IMG/VR virus record: IMGVR_UViG_3300034682_000455
Coordinates: 1 to 53,142 of that record
DNA length: 53,142 nt
Source of the DNA: a virus
Taxonomy: Duplodnaviria; Caudoviricetes
Strand: one strand, 5' to 3'
Positions 27,713-37,000 of the stretch are shown here, one piece after another; the first letter of the stretch is position 1, and every line of letters begins with the position of its first letter. Below the pieces are notes generated by a model, which was given only the letters and a program-made list of their open reading frames with translations, searched no databases and was not told the origin of the DNA. Position numbers and translations under genes: made by a program.

Positions 27713-29194
27713 TTAATGAAGTTTTACGTAGCTAGTGCTTTCACTTTTTGGATAAACGGCGAACTGTTCGACCAACTTGGCACTTCTTGCATCTAGCCCT
27801 CGCACTTCGACCTTTGTTCCGCCGCGTCGTAGTTTGAACACTACCCGGTCAAGTGCCTCAACTGAGGTCAAATCCCAAAACTGAGTCTGGCTCACATCAA
27901 TACAGATGCGCTCCACCTGTTCAAGGTAGTCAAACCTAGCAATAAAGCTTTCAGAAGAGGCAAAAAATACTTGCCCAGAAACAAAATAGGTACGTTGTTT
28001 ACCGTCTGGGCTGAGGCTTGAGGTGACATCCAAAATACGGCGCACCTTGTGTGCAAAGAACACACCAGACAGAAGAACGCCAGTCAGCACTCCCTTGGCC
28101 AAGTCATGGGTTGCAACAGTCACAACGACGGTAGCGAGCATCACAACGCTGGATGTTTTGGGGTGGGCAACCAAGTCCTTGATAGAGCGCCAGTTGAAGG
28201 TGCCAATCGACACCATGATCATCACGGCGACCAAGGCGGCCATGGGAATCTGCTTCACCAAATCGCCAAGAAACACAACCAATATCAGCAACACTACACC
28301 TGCGGTCAGCGTAGACAAACGCCCACGCCCCCCAGACTTCACGTTAATGACCGACTGACCAATCATGGCGCATCCGGCCATACCACCCACAAAACCTGTA
28401 GCAACGTTGGCGATACCTTGGCCGACGCATTCACGGTCTTTGTTACTCGTAGTGTCTGTCATGTCATCCACGATGGTGGCCGTCATGAGCGATTCCAGCA
28501 GGCCCACGACACACAGGGTGGCGGAATACGGCAGGATGATTTGGAGCGTCTCCCAAGTGAAGGGGACATTGGGAATGAAGAAGCTCGGCAGGCTATCAGG
28601 GAGTGCGCCCATATCGCCAACCGTGCGAATGTCTAGACCGAGAACCACATAAGCGATGCTTAAAACAATGATGGCAACCAAAGGCGAAGGAACGGCTTTG
28701 GTGATGTAGGGCAAGCCATAAATGATGGCAAGCCCTGCAGCCGTCATCGCATAGACATGCCAAGTGACATTGGTCAGCTCCGGCAGTTGAGCCATAAAAA
28801 TCAATATGGCCAATGCATTCACAAAGCCCGTCACCACGGAACGAGAGACAAACTGCATGAGCTGGCCCAAGCGTAAGAAGCCTGCCAGCATTTGGAGCAC
28901 ACCAGCAAGAATGGTGGCAGCTAGCAAATAGTCCAGTCCATGCTCTTTTACCAGCGTCACCATCACTAAGGCCATAGCGCCGGTAGCGGCTGAAATCATG
29001 CCAGGCCGCCCGCCAACAAAAGCAATAAGTGTGGCAATCGCAAAGGAGGCATACAGACCCACCTTGGGGTCAACGCCAGCAATGATGGAAAAAGCAATGG
29101 CCTCCGGAATAAGTGCCAAGGCAACAACGACGCCCGCCAGCAAATCGCCACGGACATTAGAGAACCATACGGTTCTGATTTTTTCAATAGACAT
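27713..29194 (-). CDS. SulP/SLC26-family anion transporter with C-terminal STAS domain (moron)
   Basis: [46 protein letters not shown]; many TM spans; lower GC; antisense. Confidence 0.95.
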   Translation of the reverse strand: MSIEKIRTVWFSNVRGDLLAGVVVALALIPEAIAFSIIAGVDPKVGLYASFAIATLIAFVGGRPGMISAATGAMALVMVTLVKEHGLDYLLAATILAGVLQMLAGFLRLGQLMQFVSRSVVTGFVNALAILIFMAQLPELTNVTWHVYAMTAAGLAIIYGLPYITKAVPSPLVAIIVLSIAYVVLGLDIRTVGDMGALPDSLPSFFIPNVPFTWETLQIILPYSATLCVVGLLESLMTATIVDDMTDTTSNKDRECVGQGIANVATGFVGGMAGCAMIGQSVINVKSGGRGRLSTLTAGVVLLILVVFLGDLVKQIPMAALVAVMIMVSIGTFNWRSIKDLVAHPKTSSVVMLATVVVTVATHDLAKGVLTGVLLSGVFFAHKVRRILDVTSSLSPDGKQRTYFVSGQVFFASSESFIARFDYLEQVERICIDVSQTQFWDLTSVEALDRVVFKLRRGGTKVEVRGLDARSAKLVEQFAVYPKSESTSYVKLH

Positions 29195-29499
29195 AGGTAT
29201 ACCACCCTCAGCATAGAGGGGCAGAACGCACCAAAGCAACCTGCATGAAGGGCAGGAGTAGGCGCAATGAAAACGCGAGCAAGCCTATAGCTCTAGCTAC
29301 AGGCAAGACGAACAGGTGGGGCAAGAAGTAAAGCGTTCTTGCTGCGCTGGTGCCCAGATTAGGGCGGAGTGACGGAGCGGAAGCGTCCGCGAGGCAGGGC
29401 TGCGCCCCGGTAATCAACCGGTTGTTGCGTGAAGTGAGCAAGAGCAGCCATCGCAAGAATTTTAACTAGAAAAAACACATCCACACGATGAGCTTTAAG

Positions 29500-29523
29500 G
29501 ACTCCAAAGGGTCGATTCCTGTC
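29500..29523 (+). repeat. 24-nt cargo-border element, copy B
   Basis: GACTCCAAAGGGTCGATTCCTGTC. Confidence 0.5.
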
Positions 29524-29559
29524 GGTCAAATAGCTAGAGTTTGCTGAAGCCTGGGCAAG

Positions 29560-29602
29560 CCCCCGCTAAGGCTTGGGCTCGTGGTTGCTGTTGCGCGAGA
29601 CT
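29560..29602 (+). promoter_or_regulatory. Putative late promoter 4
   Basis: CCCCCGCTAAGGCTTG then GAGACT, T at +36. Confidence 0.6.
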
Positions 29603-29631
29603 GCACCTCAAGCAACCAATGAGGTACCCCC

Positions 29632-30921
29632 ATGGCCACGTCCGTCCCTACACGCCGCGCACTGATCGACCAGATCCCCACAGAAGAAGACCGCCAGGCG
29701 CCGGCGGCACGACCTCAATCCGGCATCCATTCTTCGGAGCTGGGCCGCCAGGCTTTCAACACGGCCATGGCACTGCCGGGTGTCGGAGGAATTGGCAAGG
29801 TGGCCCAAACGGGCGGCCTGGTCAGCCGGGCGTTGAACTCCACCGCCGGTGTTGCCAACAAGGTGGCCACCGGCACTGTAGCGCTGGCAGCGTTGCCTGC
29901 TGGGGCTGAAGCACCCGAGCCAGCACCTGCTGCACAACCTGCAAGCGCCGCTGGCGCTGGACGTGGCACGGTTAACCCACCCACTGCCGGGGCGACCAGC
30001 CCTCTGGTGGAGGCATCCCGACAGGTTGCTCCGGGCATTTACCGCGCCGGCAACAGCTATGCCGGCACGGGTGATGCGGCCGTGAGTCTGGACCGCGAGC
30101 CAAAGGGGCCGCCATCTGCCCAGAACATGGCCGCCGCTGACCAGCTGGCCGCGAACCAGCAGATGGAGAGCATCAGCCGTGTGGCCACCAGCGGCAACGT
30201 CCCGCAGTCTCCGACCCAGGGGCTGATTGGCCGCGTGACGGCCACGCACAGCGGCAACGACTGGACCGCGCGTGAGATGCTGCGGCGCCAGAAGACGAAT
30301 GCCGACAGCCTGATCCATCAGTCGCACTGGGCGCCCAAGGGTTCCGCCAGGGCAGCACAAGCCTCCTACCAGAACGCTGCAGCGGAGGATATGGCCGCCA
30401 TGACCAGGGGGCAGACCTCGGCCGATGTGGAGGTGATGCGCCAAAACGCGGGCTTGATGGGTGAGCAGATGCGGCAGTCCGGCGCTGACCGGCGCGATGC
30501 CCGCCGCGGCTTGATCGATGCGGCCCGCCTTGGCATGGACCAAGAAACCCAGGGCTTTGCCACCCGTGCCGCGGCCCAGCAAGAGCAGCTGCGCAGCACC
30601 TTGCTGGACCCCAACGCCAGCACAGAGCAGCGCGCATTGGCGCAGCGGTCCCTGGCGGCCCTGGCCGGCAAGTCGGCGGCGGACCGTTTGCAGACGGTGA
30701 ACCTGCCAGACACCACGACCGATATGGGCGCGGTGGTGCGCGGTGGCCAGGCGCTGGTGCGCATCATGGAAGATGGTACGGCTCAGCAGGTGCCCGTTGG
30801 TGCACAGGCGGCGCAGCCTCTAACCAACCACGTGCAGGCGCTGCGTAAGGATCCAAAGCTGGCTGCGCAGTTTGATGCCCAGTACGGCCCCGGTGCCTCT
30901 GCCCGCTATCTGGGCAAATAA
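29632..30921 (+). CDS. Putative internal virion/ejection protein (429 aa)
   Basis: Ala/Gln-rich, no Cys; C-terminal L..DP.LAAQFD..YG.G.SARYL motif; precedes the giant gene. Confidence 0.65.
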   Translation: MATSVPTRRALIDQIPTEEDRQAPAARPQSGIHSSELGRQAFNTAMALPGVGGIGKVAQTGGLVSRALNSTAGVANKVATGTVALAALPAGAEAPEPAPAAQPASAAGAGRGTVNPPTAGATSPLVEASRQVAPGIYRAGNSYAGTGDAAVSLDREPKGPPSAQNMAAADQLAANQQMESISRVATSGNVPQSPTQGLIGRVTATHSGNDWTAREMLRRQKTNADSLIHQSHWAPKGSARAAQASYQNAAAEDMAAMTRGQTSADVEVMRQNAGLMGEQMRQSGADRRDARRGLIDAARLGMDQETQGFATRAAAQQEQLRSTLLDPNASTEQRALAQRSLAALAGKSAADRLQTVNLPDTTTDMGAVVRGGQALVRIMEDGTAQQVPVGAQAAQPLTNHVQALRKDPKLAAQFDAQYGPGASARYLGK

Positions 30922-30942
30922 CCGAAACACGCCCGTGACAAC

Positions 30943-30965
30943 AACCCGCTTCGGCGGGTTTTTTT
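30943..30965 (+). terminator. Intrinsic terminator
   Basis: AACCCGC-TTCG-GCGGGTT plus T tract. Confidence 0.85.
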
Positions 30966-30968
30966 GCA

Positions 30969-31010
30969 CCCCGGCTGGGGTTCGCGCGTATGGATGGCGC
31001 TGGGCAAAGT
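30969..31010 (+). promoter_or_regulatory. Putative late promoter 5 (giant protein)
   Basis: CCCCGGCTGGGGTTCG then CAAAGT, T at +35. Confidence 0.65.
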
Positions 31011-31016
31011 GGGTGC

Positions 31017-34000
31017 ATGAGCACACAGAACCCCTTTGCAGATCCCAATTTTGGGCGCAGTGATGCACCGGTGAATGGGCAGCCTTCAGCCAGCAATCCG
31101 TTTGCAGACCCTGACTTTGGCAAGGCACCAGCCACCCCCAGGCGCTCCCTCCTGGCCGCCATCAACGACACCGTGATTGAAGGCGCCAACGCGGCAGCCG
31201 GCACTGCATCAGCGGTTGCTAACTTTGTGCGTCCTGGCAATGCTGCCTCGCAGTGGATCGATAAGAACATTGTCGAGGCCGGCGAAGCCGCGCAGTCCGA
31301 TGTGGTCAAGGCCGAGAAGGCGCGCTACAGCCAGGAAATGCAGGACGCCGATGGAATGGGCGGCGAGGTCGGGGCCACGCTGGGCTACGTGGCGCGCAAT
31401 CCGTTGCTGGCGGCGGCACAGGGTGCAGGCTCCTTTGCCACCCCGGGCGTGGCCATCAAGGGGGCAACCGCTGGGGCGCGTGCCCTGGGCCTGGGCACTA
31501 AGGGCACGACCCGGGCTGGCTTGGCTGCTGGCGCGGGTGTCGGGGCGGCTGGCGCCGGCGGCGATGCCGCGGGCACGGCCTACGAACTGTCCCGGGAAGG
31601 CGGGGCCACCGACGAGCAGGCCCTGGCAGCCGGCCGCAGTGCCAGCGTGCTGCCAGGCCTGATCGGCGCGGCCGGCGGCCTAGTGGGGGCGGAGCGCCTG
31701 GTGGCCGGCGCCGGAGGTTTTAAGGGCGGTCTGGTGGCCCGGGCCCTGAAGACTGGCGCCGTGGAGGGTGCTCAGGAGGCCCTGGAAGAAGGCGTGACCC
31801 AGTACGAGGGCCAGCGCGCGGCCGTTCCGTTCAATCCTGAGTTGGACCCCATGAAGGGCGTGGCCGGCGCCGCCACCATGGGTGCCGTGCTGGGCGGCAT
31901 GACCGGTGCTGGTGCTTCGGTGCTGACACCTTCGCAGCACCTGGGCATCGATCGCGCCAACGGTCCTTTGTCGAGAGTGGCAGCTGACGCCGTAGACAGC
32001 GCCCCCGCCGCAGAGCCTGCGCCAGAGCAGCCGCCAACACCGCTGCAGCTGGCCTACAACCCCGACCCCATGATTGTGTTCCCCGATGGAACCACGGGCA
32101 CGCGGGCTCAGCTGGACGCCTACATCGAAGGCTTGCCAGAAGACCAGCGGATTGCCGCACGCGCCCGCTTGATGGGGATGGCGCCGCAAGCGGCTGACTC
32201 GCACTTGCCGCCAGAAGGCTGGCAGGAGCAGTACCAGGACCAGCCGGTGCGCGAGCTGCCACCGGTGGCCAACCCGCTGGCCGATATGCAGCAAGCCGTG
32301 CGCGAAGCCACCGACTACACGGACGCCGGCAAAGTGGAGGCGGTGCGTGGCGAGTTGGAGGATGCCTGGCTGGCGCTGAACGTGGGGGAGGCCCAGCCGG
32401 TGGCCGCCGGCCAGGCCAGCAACGAAGCCCAAGCCCCCCAGGATGCCGACCCTGCCGACCTGACTACAGAAACGAATGCCCGCCTGCGCGCTGGCCGTGT
32501 GGCCAGTGGCGTGCGCAATGCATTCGACGGTGGGGCACCCAACACCTTGCGCGTGATCCAGCACGTGAACCAGGGGCTGCGCACGATTGGTGAGCAGCCG
32601 CTGACATCCCCAGAAATCGCCCGCATCCGCCGCCTGGCCGACGCCCGCACAGCGTTCGCAGGCCTGAACCAACGCGCCGATTTGCCTGCGGATCCAGCTC
32701 CGGCCGTCGATGCGAATGCCGACAACAGCGCCATGGAGGCGCTGATTCCCGAGCGCCCCGCGCTGCAGCCGGCCATGGAGCAGGGCACGCCCGGTGGCGC
32801 TGCAGCCCCGGCGCAGCGCACACCAGCCGGCAATGCTGACATCGCAGGGGATCGTGTCGGTGGCGAGTGGGTGGCATTTGGCCCCAGCTCCGGCACCTTG
32901 GGTGTCCCACGTGCCCGGATGCCCCAGGTCGATGCCGCACACCGTGGCGCCCTGGTCAATTACCTCAAGGGCCAGGGTATCGCCAGCGAGCAGGCCGAAG
33001 TGCCCGCTAACAGCCTGAAGCCGACCCAAGCGGAATTCTCTGAAGCCAAGGTGCGCAAGGCATCCAAGCGCACCGGCGGTGACCGCGCCATCTTGGTGTC
33101 GTCGGACGGCTACGTGGTGGACGGCCACCACCAGTGGCTGGCCAAGCGCCAGGACGGCCAGCCCGTGAAGGTCTTGCAGCTGCAGGCGCCCATTTCCCAA
33201 TTGTTGCCCCTGGTGGGCGACTTCCCCAGCGCCCGCACCGCAGAAGGTGCGCAGGCCACTTCCCAAGGACAGCCAAGCAATGGTCCCGCCACGCCTCTCA
33301 ACGATGAATCGCAAGCAGCAGCGCCGGATGCGCCGCAAGTTCAAACGCCAGGGTCTGCAGTCCCCCAGCAAGAAGGGGTAGCCGATGCCACGCAAACCAC
33401 TCAAGCCCAGCAGATTGGCGCGCAGCCTCAAGCGCAAGCAGCAGCGGGAGCACAAAGCGCAGAACCGCCGTCCGCACCGCAATTGGATGTCGCGCCAGGC
33501 GTAGCACGCAAGCGCACGGCCGGAGACAACGCCCGCAGCCGCAGCTATGACGCCAATCCCATGCGCGCATTCTTGGGCAAGCATGGAGTGTCATTGAACA
33601 GTCGCAGCGAGTTCGCCCCAGGCCTGCAAGAACTGCGCGGCACCATGGTTCCAGGCTATGGGCCTGTGTTTCGCAAAACAGGCAAACCCCTGGACTTGCT
33701 GGTGCACAACGCCATCGAAGAAGGTTTTTTGCCAGAAGGTGCCACGGATGCCGATCTGTACGAACTGATCGACCGTGCGGTGCGTCGCAGCGAGCGGGTG
33801 GACCCCATGTTCACTGCCGATGCGGCAGAGCAGCAGATGCGTGCAATGTTCGACCGTGAAGCCCAGCTGCAAATGGAGGCACAGCAGGCCATTGACGAAG
33901 AGGTGGCCGCTTACGAGGCGGTCCTTGCACAAGAGCTGGCAGACACGTACAGTGCACAGGAGCTGGAAGCGATTGACGCGGCAATTCCTTTTGATGCACC

Positions 34001-37000
34001 CAGCAATGTGAGCACAGCGGCAGCGATGCGTGCCCTGGGTTTTTCAGATCAGGAGATTGAAGATGCAATCCGCAACGAACGACAACAAGCGCAGCCAGCA
34101 AGCACAGGCCCTGGCCAAACTGATGGCACTCGCACCGGCAGCCCGCAAACGGGTGCTGGAGCAGGCCAAGGCATTGAAAGCACAGGCCAAGAGCTAAGCA
34201 CCTACACCCGCGAGGAGGTACTGGCGCGCCAAGCAGCGCAGTCCCTTTCGCAAGCGGAGCAGGCCAAAGCGGACCGCGAAGCCGAGCTCCGCGACCAGGC
34301 AGAGCGCAATCAGCGCGAGATCCAAGCACGCCAAGCAGCCAGCGCCGAGAATTTCCAACTGGGTCAAGACCCCATGGCTGGACTGTCGGGGCAGACCAGT
34401 ATCTTTGATGCCCCAGCGCAGCCAGAGGGGCAGGCCGAGCCAGCCAAACCCGCGCCCACCCCAAAGACAGCCGATACCTCACGCCCAGCGCAGCGCATCG
34501 AGGATGTGGGCGAAAAAATCGGTGGTGCCCGCAAGGATGTGTGGTCTGGCTTCCGTGACGACATCGGCGCCGTGCCGGACGATGCGATTGCCGAGCAGCC
34601 CCTGTCCAAGGTCTGGCCACAGCCGGATTACCAGAAGCTGATTGATGCCGGCCACGATGCCGGCACGGTGGCCATGGTGCGCTCGCTGCGCGATGCCATC
34701 CCTACCAAGCCCCGCCAGAGCTTCAAGGTCCACCGCTGGGCAGCGCAGGTCAAGGAGCTGCGCGCCTTTGCGCTGGAGATGCTGGACGGCCAGATGCCGC
34801 ACCAGAAGCTGCGCACGGAACTTCTGAAGGCTGGCAGCCGGGATCTGCGTGGCATTGCAGGTCGGGCGGAGCTGTACGAGGCGGTGGGCCATGGCCAGAG
34901 CCTTGAGGGGATTACCTTCGGCGAGCACTTCTACACGCTCTACAAAGGCAAACCCAACGTTACGCTGTGGGCTGTGGAGCAGGCAGCCAATAGCAGCAGC
35001 TTTGGCAACTGGCCCCGTGAGCTGGCCACCGGCGACACCAAGGAGCAGGCGCTGGAGGCGTTCAAGAAGCTGCATGCCAACCAGGCCAAGCAAGAAGCCA
35101 AGGCCAATGTGCCCAGCTTTGACATTTGGTCCACTCGCCGCACGGGTGAGATTCATGTGGGCAAGAAGATCGGCCGCAACTACGCCGAGCTGGCCGGCCC
35201 GTTCAAGACCGTGCGTGAAGCCCGCGAGTACCGCGACCAGAACTTGGACGCGCTGACCACCAAGCTGGAGAAGTACAAAGAGGTTCCGGTGGAGCGCGCC
35301 GACACCAACCGGCCCCGCGTCGGCCAGGACATGCGCCAAGGCCTGGATGTGACCCCCGAGCAGTTCCGCGAGGCCTTCGGCTTCCGGGGCGTGGAGTTTG
35401 GCAACTGGGTGGAGCAGGGCCGCCGCCAGCAGGATCTCAACGATGCGTTCGACGCGCTCATGGACATGGCAGCAGTCTTGCAGCTGCCACCCAAGGCCAT
35501 TTCCCTGAATGGCGAGCTGGGCCTGGCCTTTGGCGCCCGGGGGGCTGGCGGCAAGAATCCGGCGGCTGCCCATTACGAGCGAGGCAAGGTGGTGATCAAC
35601 CTGACCAAGAAGTCGGGCGCCGGCAGCCTGGGCCATGAGTGGTGGCATGCCGTGGACAACTACTTTGCCCGTATGCGCGGCCAGGCCGATGACATGTTGA
35701 CGGAAGCCAGCGATGTAAGCGTGCTCTCCCGTGGCCCAGCCAAGACGTTTGCCCCGAATGCGAATGTTCGGCCGGAGATGGTCCAAGCGTTTGCCGAGGT
35801 CATCAAAGCCATCAACAACACCAGTTTGCGTGCCCGCGCCGCGGTGCTGGATGCCCGCCGTGCCAAGGAATACTGGGGCACTGACCCCGAACTGAGCGCC
35901 CGCGCCTTCGAGAGCTACCTGATAGCCAAGCTGGAAGACCAGAACGCCAGCAACGATTACCTGGCCAACGTGGTGGACGAGCAATTCTGGGAGGCGCAGG
36001 CCGCCCTGGGCATGCGGCTGGAAGGCAGCTACCCCTATGCCAAGGCCGGCGAGGTGCCTGCCATCCGCGCCGCCTTTGATCATTTCTTCCACACGGTGGA
36101 AACCAAGGAGACGGACAAGGGCGTGGCCATGTTCAGCCGGACAGAGCGCCCGGCCGTCTTCAACACCACGGCAGTCCAGATGCGCCGGGCCATGGTGCAG
36201 CGCACGGTCGGCAGCTTGACCCAGGGCTGGGGCCAGAGCCCCCGCATCACGGTGGTCGACAGCATGAATGACCCGCGCGTGCCCGAGGCTGTGCGCGAGG
36301 CCGACCAGGCGCAGCGCTCCCAGGGCGCCACCGGCGAGCCCGAAGGCTTCTGGTATCAGGGGCAGGTGTACCTGGTGGCCAGTGCGCTGCCTACTTCAGC
36401 GGATGCCACCCGGGTGCTGTATCACGAGGTGCTGGGCCACCATGGTCTGCGGGGGCGGTTTGGCGCCGAGCTGGACAAGGTGCTGGATCAGGTCGCCAAG
36501 CTGCGCCCCAAGGACGTGGCCGCGAAGGCGTCAGAGTACGGCCTGGACATGGGCAATCCTGATCACGTGGCCTATGCCGCCGAGGAAGTGCTGGCCGAAC
36601 TGGCCCAGACCCGCCCTGACCTGGGTTTTGTGCAGCGCGCGATTGCTGCGATCCGCAATTTCCTGCGCAGCCATGTGCCAGGCTTCAAGGCGCTGGAGTT
36701 GACCGATGCCGACATCGTGCAGGGCTATCTGCTGCCAGCGCGTGGCTGGGTGGAGCGTGGATCTCCTGCAGAGGCTTCAGGTGCGGCAGAGCCCGCGTTT
36801 GCACGTCATCCTGGGTTCAGTGCCGCCGTGGATGCAGCGATCAAAGCCGGCCAGCTGGGCGAGGTTGGTAACGGGCAGCACATTGAAATTGCGACCTTGC
36901 CGACTGCATTGTCCGCCGCAGGGATTCCTGAAGGCAATCTGAGAACTTCTGCCAAAGTGCTGCAGAAGGTGGTGTTCGATCATGGCGTGACGCCAAGCGT

